DNA of 64,000 bases from Monocercomonoides exilis PA203. Lineage: Eukaryota; Protista; Preaxostyla. Positions 1 through 11,444 of this stretch are shown piece after piece; the stretch's first letter is position 1, and each line of letters begins with the position of its first letter. The stretch covers positions 1,583,473-1,647,472 of the forward strand of contig LSRY02000017.1 of NCBI GenBank assembly GCA_001643675.2. Direction: 5' to 3'. The position numbers and the translations under genes were made by a program. The notes under the pieces were generated by a model that was given only the letters and a program-made list of their open reading frames with translations, ran no database searches and was not told where the DNA came from.

Positions 1-360
1 AGCTAAAACAAATACATAGAAAAATGAATAAGTCAAATAAAAAATTAAAAACAAACTATAAAATGAAGCATCCATATCCAAGCCAATTATCCAGTAATCC
101 AAAGTTATCTAAGACGATTCCTGGTCTAAACATCACGTACAGTATTAGTATTAACCCGAACAAGCACACAAATAAGGAATGAATAAGACCTAAGTTCATT
201 ATCAAGAGGATAAAATGCAAAATTCACCTTATTGAATAAATCACATACTTCCAAAATAAAAGTGAGAGAAATTAACAATGAACCAGCACAATCCACATGC
301 AAATACAAATATTCCAGCGCAAAGGTCAATAATATTCAAAACAAGTCCGATTCCAACCAT
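1..360 (-). CDS. COPI-associated/Tvp15-like Golgi membrane protein (5' part; gene runs off the window start)
   Basis: Manual splicing from ATG at 360 through a GTATG..TAG intron gives MVGIGLVLNIIDLCAGIFVFACGLCWFIVNFSHFYFG|SLIHSLFVCLFGLILILYVMFRPGIVLDNFGLLDNWLGYGCFIL. This is hydrophobic helices plus an 'F-G-[FL]-L-x-x-[WF]-x-G-x-G' pattern like the COPI_assoc family. Confidence 0.6.
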
Positions 361-506
361 ATCTCTCAAATTTGTAAACAATAATACCACTGATCATAGT
401 TTCAAACAACACTTTCATTTGATGTAACAATTTTTCTATCATTATCTGTAAAATAAAAAAATTTATATTTGAATTATTGATTCAAACTTTCAACCTTAAT
501 TGATCA

Positions 507-867
507 TGTGATCACAACCCTTTCTAGGTGTTGTCGGGGACTGATGTTGTGCATGTTTTGTGCAAATATCAGCGAGCTCGGATGATACCTCGGAGCTGAT
601 CAGAATAACGGTCGGCGATGGGAAGAACGAGCAGCGCAGGCAGATCGAGCTTGGAGGGCGACTGCGCACTCAGCCGATAGAAAAGATCTTGCGCGGCGTT
701 CTTTTTGCGTAATTGCGTGATGCGTGCAGGCCCTGATGAGCAGGGCGCTGCAGCGCGCCCCCGGAATATGTGGGGCATGCGTTTTGCGTGTTTGTTGAAC
801 TTGCGTGAATTTGTTTCACTTCGCGTATTTTGAAGATGAATGCGTAACATTTGCGTAAACAATGCGT
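507..867 (+). ncRNA. Unidentified 361-bp GC-rich structured element, copy 1 (candidate ncRNA or SINE-like element)
   Basis: Identical by eye to 44297-44657. GC-rich island in AT-rich intergenic DNA with a chain of hairpins whose G-U pairs favour the + strand. The repeat itself is certain; the ncRNA call is inference. Confidence 0.5.
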
Positions 868-1089
868 TGTTTTTTATAATTGTTTTCAGTTTTTTAAAAA
901 TACACGAGACTTGATTTGTTTTGATAATTGTTTTCGACTCACAATTATTGAAACTAATAAATTAAAACTAAAAATTATTAACTATCATAGCTTTGATATC
1001 AGCAAATTAAAAAGTCAAAAACGTAATAACATAAACTTTACACAAGAAAGAAAAATGTTCACTATTTAAGCAAATAAATTTTAAAAATG

Positions 1090-4000
1090 TTAAATAGCAA
1101 CTTCTAATGAATATTTCACGTTTTCGTCTTCACCATAAATGGTAACATCGACCACATCTCCGTTTGTTAGATGTAGAAATGGAAAAGGTCTTATCCAAGC
1201 TGAATAAAGATCAAAAAAGTTCAGAAGATTTGCTTTCGAAAATCGTTTCTTATTGATTGGAAACGATGGACTTGGAGGTTTTCCGAAGACTTGAGTAGAG
1301 TTAAAATTCGAAAAACTTGATGTTCCATTTTTAATTTGTTTATTTGGAGAATGAGAAATAGGATAGCATATTCCTGCGCTGGTAATCCCATGCTTGTTCA
1401 TTCGATTTGACGCATATTTTGGATGAGAGCACAGCTTGTTGGTGACAACCTCATAGACATAGTGCAAAGCCTTCTCTTCATTAACGAACCGAAGTACTGG
1501 GATGTTTGCCTGCTCGTCACAAAAGATTCTGACTTCAGAGACACGAGGCAGCACGTCGCTTGGGGTGTCAAGGAACGCACTTCGCTCATCGCCAAATTTT
1601 GTAAAGTACACAGAAAAATATGGCTCAGCGAGCTCAGAAGGAATTGACGACGAAACAATTTGCCGAATACTCGCAGAGGAAATGCTCTCTGAAGAGTCAG
1701 AGGAATTATCTGGTGCAGACCCGTTTCTTTTACCTTTCACAGTCACCGTGTTCTTCAAGTGTCCATGTGATTTGAGCATTCTTTCAGCCTCCTCAATCGT
1801 TGTCTCTTTGCCAAAGCCGACGAAATCACCCAATTTGTAGTCAACAAGAAAGCTGCTCTGCACTGCATGCTCGCCCTGCAGAGAGTATGTCCAGTACTCG
1901 TCCTTCCAAAATGCAAGAGACAGAAAGCTTAAGTCGCCCAGCACATCCACTTCGGTGTATTTCCTTTTGTCGGCAGGTCGCTTGTGCATGTGCATGTATC
2001 TCAGCGGAGACGGGCCGATAGTTGCATTTCTGCTTGGATGAGTGGCCTGGAATTTCTTGTAGAATTCTTTGACTTCTTCTTTCACTTTCTCCTCCCTGTT
2101 TTTGTTTTTATCTGCTTCTTTTTCTTCTTTCCTCATTTCCTTTTCTTTTTCATTTTCTTTCTCATCATCTTCTTCATCTTCCTTTTCATCTTCTTTTTCT
2201 TTCTTCTTCTCTTTCTCTTTCAGGTTCTTTTTTATTGTTTGTTCTTTGCTCTTCTCTTTATTCACACTAACAGTTTGCTTCAGGCGATTGATGGCATTCG
2301 GATTTGGGTCTGCGAATGAGTGTTTTGGGCGGAACTGGCGCAGAGTGTGGGGACGAGGCAGAGAACCCTCGCCATCTGAATTGATTCCATTTTGCTCAGA
2401 ATTCTTCTGCTTATTCCCACCAAAGCCAAGCTTGCTCCACAGCGATGATTGAGAATGCTCTGATGGAATCTCTTTTTGCTGAGATTTTCCTTTCTTTCCA
2501 TCGAAAATGTCTTCTGACTGTGTTCCTTTGACGTTCATTCCATTTGAGTTGCTTGATATTTCTTCATTTCCTTCGCTTCTTCCGTATGGGCGTCGAAGCA
2601 GCTGCTCAACAGTCATGTTCCTGTCTTTTGCCTCAGCAGACAGAATCAATGGAGCTTGCCCATCATAAATTCCCTCTGATGACGACGAGATCGCTTCAAA
2701 GCCGGGTATTTCGCAAAGTGCAGGCACAGAAACCCAAAAGATATATTTGTGCGGATCAGGATGAAATATTTCAGTTATCACAGATTGATCTAATTTGAAT
2801 GCAACAACAAACGAATCAAGAAAGAAAAACAGATATTTGCACATATGAAAAAAAAAAAAGACATTTTATTTAAATTGAAAATGACAATTGTTTATAGACA
2901 CCAAATATCAATACAAACTTGAGCGGGGTCTGTCAAATTTGAAGTCGAGGTAATCTTCAGTGCTGCAGTAATACCTCACTTCCGATGAATATTCGAGATG
3001 CTGCTGAGGCTGTTCTTGCTTCTTCCTGATGACACCAAAAAGGCTCCTAAAAATAGATTTCAATTCAGGTGGATTCTTCTGCTGATGTTTGTGTATGTTG
3101 CCACGCTTTTCCTTTCGACTGTTTGCAATTTCTTTCAATCTCTTTGCAACAATATCATACAAACTGATCCCTTCCATGTTATCATTTTCCATTTCTCTTC
3201 TTTTTGCTTCTTTGGATTGCCTGACATAATTGTCATAAGGCACCGTGTGTATGCCAGTCTCCTCCTCAGCGCTGCTGCCGTGGATGAACTGCTGAGAAAG
3301 GAAGTGCACTCGGCGACTGCCAAGCGAAGGGAAGATGTTGAAAGGCTGCGGCCCATAAACGGCTTTCAGGGCATCGTCTTTCATCTGATTCCCCACAAGC
3401 TTCCGCTGGTTCTGTCTGTAGCGCCTGCGCTCTTTCATCCACCACTCGTTGAGCCTTTTCTTTGCACTCCGCAGAGACGGGTAGAACTTCGGAGGCTCCA
3501 AAGGATCAGAACTGCTGCGCACCTTTCCCCAGCTCCGGGCCTTCTCCATTGAAGAAATATCTCCTTCAACCAATATCGTTTCAGCGTCTTTCTTTGTACA
3601 CTTCCATTCGTCCGCAGCTTCGAAATGAATATTCGGATTCTCTTCCTTTTTGATTGATTCAATTTTTTCCAACTCTTTTTTGACTGTTGAATCAACCAGG
3701 ACGGAGTTTATGTACATATAATGACTTGAAGCATCTCTCTTTTTTGACGCAGACTTGTCAGTCCCGTAAGCTAAAAGCACTTTGTGTTTGTTTCCCAACT
3801 TCGATTCAATTGTCCTTTTGTATTCGTTAGTTGTTAACAAATTGTAGTTAAATCCATCAAAAGCATCATCGAAACTTCCTTCATCAGAAGCGCCATTTTT
3901 CAATTTTTTATCTGCATTTTCTCTCACAGATTCACCACCATTCTCCTGAGCATTATTTGAGTGTTCATTTTTCAATGAACCAAACATTTCATAATCAACG

Positions 4001-5149
4001 GCCTTATCAAGTATTTCGTTAATCTTTTTGTGTCTGTAGATTCCACGCAGGAAACTTGATGTAATGTTGGCGTACGAACAGTTTGTTGAAAGAATTCCAT
4101 GAGCAAGATTTGCCTTTTCCAACTTGTGCGTGATTGCCAGCATATCAATATAATCTTCCATCTGCAGCTTTGTGACTTCCTTTCCCGTCTCTTCATATGG
4201 AACTTTTATTTCAACTCTTTTCTCATCGCCGCTGAAATAACCCAAAATTTCTTCTTTTTGATTCACATATTCAATAGCTTTTGTAACTTGAAACTTTCCA
4301 AAAGGATCAGAATTCTCTTCAAACACATCGTTATCATATGTCATCTTTTGAACGTATAAACCAGGAGCTATGGTAAAAAAAGTATCGTTAATAAGCACAC
4401 TGGGATATTCAATAAAAGGAATTGTTAAGAGGGTATTTCTGGCAACTTTCATGAAATAATCATCCGAACTCAAAACACCAGTTTCAAATGTATATGGTCT
4501 GTGCTTTATTAAATGAAGTGATTCATCATCAGGTGATTTGGTGCTGTCAGGAATTTTATAGCGTGCAGAGTTTACCCAAAAGTTTCCTTAAAATTATATT
4601 ATCATCAAAAATTTTGATTGAATATTCATTATAACGTTATTGAACAAAAAAATAATTCATTGTTTCATACTTGGGATTCCATAGTTTGGGAAGTATGTAT
4701 AAGATGTTGTCAAAGGATTTGTGAAATGAATTTTTGGAAGTGTCTTTGATGTTCTGTGAAGTGAATTATCTTTTTAAAACAATAATTTCAATAAAAATTA
4801 TCTTCAAAAAGTCCATACCATTTCCAAATAATGAATTTGATGATCTGATTACAATATTTTTTGAATCGTATTCAGATTCCGATAAGTCATTTGAAGATGG
4901 AAACACGCATGCATATTTAACACCTTTTCTTCCAATTAATGTTGCATCCAAAGGCTTTGAAATAAAAAATTATTTAAGATTTAACATTAAAATGGAGCAA
5001 ACCACTTCTTCTTCTTGAATAGTCGAATGAGAAATGTATAATTGATATTCATGATTAATTGCATGAACAGAATCAGCAACAAAATTTTGCTCGCTGTAGT
5101 GCGTAAATACAATATAAGTTAACACGAGAAATAAAAAATTATTTCTCAT
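1090..5149 (-). CDS. OS-9/XTP3-B (erlectin)-like ER lectin with two MRH-like domains, multi-exon
   Basis: Signal-peptide-like start MRNNFLFLVLTYIVF (ATG 5149) and a 'KYACVFP' motif. C-terminal MRH pattern YWTYSL..AVQ..YKLGDF..PRVSEVRIFC..VNEEKALHYVYEVVTNKLCSHP in ORF 1090-2844. A second degenerate copy, SEVRYYC..|..HPDPHKYIFWVSVPALCEIP, spans the ORF 2908/2844 junction. Exon boundaries are approximate. Confidence 0.65.
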
Positions 5150-5413
5150 TAACTTATATTAAACAAAAAAATTTAGAAATGAAATGAAAACAAGGCCCAT
5201 AACAAAATTTTGATCAAATCTTTTTTCTTTTGAAGATTTTTCTTTGAAATTGTCAATCTTTTGAAGCTGTACAAGTTTAAAATGAAAAGGTTAGCTTTGA
5301 AAGTCCATAAACATATTTAAAAATGTCAAAATTACAATATTTCTTTATTTATTTATACGGGGAAAAAAAAATAAAAGTTATTCAACATTTCAAAAATAGA
5401 TGAAAGTTTCACT

Positions 5414-6112
5414 TCAATTTAAACTTTCTTTTGCATTCATTAAAGTTTTTTCATTTATTTTCCCTTCTTTTTTGAGTTGAAGATATTGAAGCTGCATTTT
5501 TCTATTCCATTCAGTTTGAACAAATTGAAGCTGTAACGATTCACGATATCTTTCACTTGCGCTTCGAACCAAGCAAATATTCTGAAACATATAGCTTTCT
5601 AAGCTCCAATTGAAGAAGCTATAAAACAATAAATCAAGAAGAGCGAAACACGTAATCCAAATAAATGCAAGAGATATTTTCCTAATATTTGTTCATAAAC
5701 GAGATATCATGAGAATTTACTCACGAAGCGCAAAAAGAAACGGAATATCAAACCATGCAAGCAAGACTCCGATGAATATCAAAAAAAGATTGAATAACAT
5801 TATAATCCTTGTTAAGCCCCATTCGCTGTGTATTACTTTAAGTCTCTTGTCAATTTGTTCAGGTTTTTGAGCATAACATTCAATTTGTTTTGTCGTGTAC
5901 TCATTAACCTTTTGAGTTCCTGAGACAATCCAGTAGTGTAAAATATTTAGAAAATAAACGTTAAATTATAAAAATAACAAACCTTTTCCAATTCTTGCAT
6001 ACCAAAGATTGTTCGAATAGAGTCCTTCTGGCGAGATTGATTTTTGAGGTTTATCACGATTTTTTTCTGATATTAATTTCTTTAATGATTTTGAAGGATG
6101 CTTTGGTGGCAT
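5414..6112 (-). CDS. Hypothetical small membrane protein, multi-exon
   Basis: ATG at 6112 (MPPKHPSKSLKKLISEK...LWYARIGK) followed by a GTTTG donor. Later exons have two hydrophobic segments and end in ORF 5414-5629. Confidence 0.45.
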
Positions 6113-6213
6113 TTATTAGTGATCATTTCTCATGCACTCATAATAATTTCCTTTTTCTTATTTCATGAGGGGTTAGGATCATATAATAAATAAAATTTTT
6201 TGGCTTTTAATAA

Positions 6214-7450
6214 ATGAAAGTCCAAAGATTAAAAAAAGCAAAAAAAGCTTTACGATTATTTAAAACTTTTTTTAATCTTAAATCACCGTATTGCATTCTT
6301 TGTATGCCATTCATTTGTTTTGGAAAATTATTATGTTATTGTCTTTTTATAAGTGGATTGCGAGTTTTTAAAATCTGTATTGCATTACGGAGTTGATGTT
6401 CACGATCAAATGAGAAAGTTATTTTGCGAGCCCTGTCGACTTTTTGTTACACCATGCGTTATTCGAGAGATTAAAAAGAATCCAGAAAGCGAAGTTGCCC
6501 CGCTTCTAAAGTTGGCAAAGACTTGCGAAATGCATTATTGTCATCACGAAGAAAATTGCACTGAGCGCCAATGCATTCTTAGTCTTATTGGTATGAATAA
6601 TTTTTAAAGATGAAATATTTATGCGGATTTTAGATGTTGAGGACAGAAAATTTTGCATGGCTGTACAAAATCACGATGATAGACGCATTTTAAGAGGTTT
6701 GATTTTGAAATTGTTATTTGAGTATGATATATATATATTTTTCATTTTGATTAAGAAATACCTGGTGTTCCTCTAATTCACATGAACCTTAACGTGATTG
6801 TTGTCGAACCTCCAAGCAAGCGATCAACTGAATTTGCAGAAAATGTATTAAATTTTCTCCTCTTTCCTCATTTTAAAAATTTTTGATAAAAAATTTTTTT
6901 ATTGAAGGAAAGATCAAAACAAAGGGCAAACATGATGCTTTCTGCTGAGCGAGGGATTAGAATTTATAAACAGACAATAGGAAAAGATGAGGAGGCAGAG
7001 CTTCTAACTGCTGCTGAAGCCGCACGTCAAAGAAAAGCTCTGTCAAGCAAGTCATTAATTCGGCAACCAGATTCAGTACAAGAAGAAAAACTTCCATTTG
7101 ATGTTCAACATCACCGCAAAGTGGCAAAGGGGCCCAATCCACTTTCAGTGAAGAAGAAGCAGCAGAAAGAGAGATTCCAAACACCAAAGCAGAAAAAACA
7201 ACAATTGGAAAGAGAAGAAGCAAAAGATTCTAAGCCAGTTTCAGAAGTCGTTTCAAATACACCTCAAACTAGAACTGCTGAGGCAAATCAAAAAAAGAAA
7301 AGAACAAGAAAAAGAAAAATAAGAGAAACAGATGAAGAAGATATCGGATCTACAGCCACTAATATTTCATCATCAAAGACTATTTTGGATGAAGATGAAG
7401 ATGAAGATTTAGACATTTCAATAAAAACGAAAAAGGTGAAGGATAATTAA
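6214..7450 (+). CDS. UTP23: rRNA-processing protein UTP23 (Fcf1/PIN domain, SSU processome)
   Basis: MKVQRLKKAKKALRLFKTFFNLKSPYCIL|LD..FVTPCVIRE..CHH..C..IPGVPLI..EPPS, then the conserved KGPNPLSVKKK motif. Four short introns, the first at 6302-6353. Confidence 0.9.
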
Positions 7451-7600
7451 GAGTTCAAGCAAAAACACTTCACGTTAATGTAACGGAGATCCGTATCCAA
7501 TATATTCACTTCATTTTTATCTTTTCTTTTTTAATAAATTCAATTATCAATTAGAAAGAACTATTTTTTTATGGGTATTCGTTAAAAGAAAAAATTTAAT

Positions 7601-10380
7601 ATGTCCCATTTGCAGCAGGCAAGAAGTAGATTGGAAACATTGAAAACTGAAAAACAAGAAAGGATAACCAAAACATTAATTAAAGTGTGTTTTAATGCGT
7701 TTTCACTGAATTATTTCAATTTTTCTCTTTTTTAAACTAGAATGACGAAAAAGAAGCAAAGAGAAGAAAAGCCGAAGATGATGCAATCGCACTTAGGCAA
7801 GGAAAGAGAGAGGCTGAAATAGAGTTTTCTAGACTTGCTCAGGCAAAGACTGATTTAGCTTTTGATCGAATTAAGAAAAAAACCGATCCACTGGCAATGG
7901 ATGAAGTATGAATAAAACATGCATAACGACATTTTTACCCTACTAATTTTTGGTGTTATTTAGGAGATAAAACACACAAAAGAATTATACGAACAGATTA
8001 TATCTTCAAAAGATAATTTAATTAGTGAGCTGCGAGGGAAATTAGAAGACAATGATCATGAATACATGAATTCATTACGAGAGCAGAGAAAGGACATTGG
8101 TTTGAATGCGTTTTATTTCGTTTTTTCTTTTCAAAATTATTTTGAAACATAATTACTTCAATTTAATAAAGATGATATGCTTCAGACAATGAGGGAAACA
8201 TATCGCGAACTCGCAACAGGATATGAAGACGAATTAGAAAAGCTTGAAGCAGCATATGATAAAGAAAGAGAACAACAATTAGAGACTTTTCGAACAGAAA
8301 TTGATGGATTGCTTGAAAGAAGGAGAAAAACCGAAGTAATTCAGATAGAAGTCGCAAGGCAAACTCGTGAGGAGCAAGCAGAACAGCTTGAGAAGATGAG
8401 GCAAAGAGCTGCAGAGGAATTTAACGCTGTTACAATTATGTTAGAGAAAGAAGTTGAAGATTTGGAGGAGCAGCATGCAGAGATGCGAAGCACAGTTCAG
8501 TTGAACCAGCAGAAGCTTCAGTACAATGTGAAGGTTTGAAAAAAAATAGAATGAAATGCAAAAGCAAAGCTGATAACTAATCTTTATCTTTTTTCCGCTA
8601 ACTTTTTGCTATCATCAACATGATGAATCAGGTTCTGGGTGCCAGGGCGAAGGAGAACAGCGTGACAAAATCGACGCAGCAGGCGAAGGCGTCGCGTGTT
8701 GCAGAAGCGCTGGCAGCGATGAAGGAGAAGTTGGCGAAGACGACTGAAATGTACAAGGCCGAAAACGAGCGGCTGACGGAGGAGTATCAGCGCGTGACAG
8801 CGAATTTCAAGGAGCTGCAGTCGAAGTTCCGCCACTTTGAGCTGACTGACGAGAGGCAGTTTCAGGAGCTGTATGCGATGCACGAGGAGGAGATACTAGC
8901 ACTCGCACGGAAGGCGATGCGCGCAGACAAGATCATTACAGAGCAGCAGCTGGGGATGGTATGGCAGCCACCTCCAGTTGCCAGGCTGGATGAAGAGAAA
9001 GAGGAGGAGATGGGAAAGGGAGAAGGAGAGTACGAAGAAGGAGGCACAACACGGAGGAGCGGGCAGGTTATGGGCGGGATGGAGGCTGTGGATGAAGAAG
9101 AGGAAGAGGAAGAGGATGAAGAGGATGAATCAAGTGAAGAGACAGGTGAAGATGGAAAGAAAAAGAAAAAGAAGTGGAACAACGAAGAAGGAAACGAAGA
9201 AGGAAGAGAGAAAACAGCTTCAGAAAAACAGGGAGATGGCGATGAGCAAGCAGCAGCAGAGGCACAAACTGGAGCAGGCAAAGCAGAGCGACTTGCTTCA
9301 TTGAGTCATTCACCAGCACTTGTAAGGGAGGTGCTCCAGCTGATAACAGAAGAGTGCTCTTTTCTCGCAGCAGGTGTGGACATTGAAGGAGGAGAAGGGA
9401 AAAAAGATGGAGAGAAAGAGAAAGACGAAGGATCAGAGCGAAGAGAGAAGATAAACGATGCACATCAGAAGATGCTGAAGACAGACGCCATTTTGAAAGT
9501 GCTTGGAATACATTCGGTGGCTGATCTGAACAGACTGTTGGCATTTTTCTTGGTGGATCCTTCTTCAATTGAAACAGAGAAAGGAAAAGAGAAGGAGAAA
9601 GAGAAGGAGAAAGGGAAAGAGAAGAAAGACGGGAAGGAAAAAGAGAACGGAGACAAAGATAAGAAAGATGGGAAAGAAGACGAGAAAGACAAAACAGACG
9701 TGTCACTTCAGCTTCTTCCTCGCAAAGATGTCGTTGCGGCTGTGAAAGCATTTACCGAAGAGATGCAGCGAAGAGACGGGAAGAAGGTGGCTGCAGGAGG
9801 AGACGATAGCATTTCAGATGTCAATTCATCAACGATCGGTGGAAACACTTCAGTTGGTTTGCTTTCGTAGTTTTTATGGCTCACTTATGTGCTATTTATC
9901 AACAAATTAAACTTTTTTTATTTGCATTTTTATCACAGGGTCAATGTCAAGGACCACTGGAAGGGGCAGCAAGGGTGGCAGAAGTGGACGTAGAGGAAGA
10001 AACGATATATCAAAGAAACCTTTGTATTGGGCTGCTGCAAGAGATGTGATCAGCGATGATAAAATGAGATTGTGGAAAGTAATGAGTGCTGAAGGAGAAA
10101 AATACAATACAACATTAAATGAAAGAGCATCACTTATAGAAGTTTGATTTCATTTCTATTATTATAACTTTTATTATTATTAACATTTATTCAAATGATA
10201 AATAAATTTGTTTTATTTTCCTAGAAAACTGCTGCACTGAAACAGCAAAATGACGAATTAAAGGCACTTCTCAATCGTTATCTTTCATCAAAAGACAATG
10301 CAATGCTTATTTCACCTCCAACACACGTTTATCAAATGACTTCTGAAATTGCACCAGACGCTCTTCCACGGGCAGAGTGA
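7601..10380 (+). CDS. DRC1: Nexin-dynein regulatory complex subunit DRC1 (CCDC164), multi-exon
   Basis: LNQQKLQYNVKVL..LTEEYQRVTANFKELQSKFRHF..DKIITEQQLGMVWQPP and C-terminal MRLWK..KYNTTLNERASLI..LKQQNDELKALLNRYL..ISPPT match the DRC1 pattern. ATG 7601, TGA 10378-10380. Confidence 0.85.
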
Positions 10381-10736
10381 TCATGATGATTGTTTTTTTT
10401 TTAATTGTTTTCATAACTTATTTTTTTCGTTATTTATTAAAGGAAACAATAAATAAAAATGAATTATTAACTTCCTTATGCTCTCCGAGTTTTTGAGAAG
10501 AAAAAAAGTTAGTGAACTTGCTATTAAAGATGAAGTTGATGTACGCAAAGAAGAATGAATATACAAAAAATATTGGATTTTTCTCGTTCTCAAAAATGAA
10601 TTCGTCTCTCAATCCAAAAAAGAAAGCTAGAATTGAAAAACGAGTTTGCTGATTGCAATATTTATACGTTATATTACCTCCAGGATTTTGTGAGATGCGA
10701 AGCAAATAAATGAATGAAAACGAAAAAAAAAAACAC

Positions 10737-11135
10737 TTACTGATGTCCGACTTTATCCCTATGTATTAATCTAAGATCGGACCCGTGCTTTAAAAACACG
10801 CTTCCAGCTGATTGTTTTGGGTTAACACACATTCCAACTATTAAATTTTGACAGAAAAATAATTATTTATTTTTTTGTTAAATATCGAGCATAAATATAT
10901 ATAATAACAGTACCGTGTGTGATAATAGCAGCATCTTGTGGAACCATTCCAAATTGTTCTGCCACATAATGTACAACATATGTAAATTCAGTATCTTCTT
11001 TAACGGATAAACTGAAAAGAAGTTTCAAAAAATTTTTGTTTAAAAGCAAATATTTCTCAAAAAATCAAACGTCTTGAAAGGGAGTTTTGGATCAGCTGTA
11101 TTTGTAACTTTGAAAGTAACCTGTGCTGAAGACAT
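10737..11135 (-). CDS. UFM1: Ubiquitin-fold modifier 1 (three exons)
   Basis: Spliced: [22 protein letters not shown]|[32 protein letters not shown]|[33 protein letters not shown]. Collinear with UFM1, including VFLKHGS.LR.I.RD.VG. Confidence 0.92.
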
Positions 11136-11444
11136 TTTCTTCTTGTCAATAAGATCTACCCAATATATGAAAATGTGACAAAAACATCTTTTTTCATTTT
11201 TTATTATTTTGATTTTTGGCTTTAACAAAAGAATTCATAATTAAATCGAACAAATAAGGAAATTGGACCGACTCTAAAAATGAAATACTCATGGAGATTA
11301 TAAAACCAAAATTTTGACTCATACATAAAACAAAAAGAAAAACCTGAATATGACAATGTGAATGGGTGATACAATATAGACAAAAGAATGCTCATAAGAA
11401 AAATAGTTATAAACACAAATAAGTTCAAAAACAATATAAAATAA

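Noticed and set aside
511-530. Duplicated element as telomerase RNA (CAACCCT) or U1 snRNA
   Set aside because: CAACCCTTT lacks the CCCTAA template and the predicted read-through sequence. ACAACC does not pair properly with GTTTG/GTATG donors, and no U1 stem-loop order is seen.
733-775. CTGATGA as a hammerhead ribozyme core
   Set aside because: No correctly placed GAAA follows stem II, and the motif sits within a simple hairpin.
569-862. 97-aa minus-strand ORF, duplicated at 44359-44652
   Set aside because: It lies entirely inside the GC-rich repeat, starts at TTG and has no recognisable motif. It is probably a by-product of high GC.
1-11135. Functional ER/Golgi gene cluster (Tvp15-like, OS-9-like, UFM1)
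   Set aside because: The genes are interspersed with unrelated ones (UTP23, DRC1), and there is no evidence of co-regulation.
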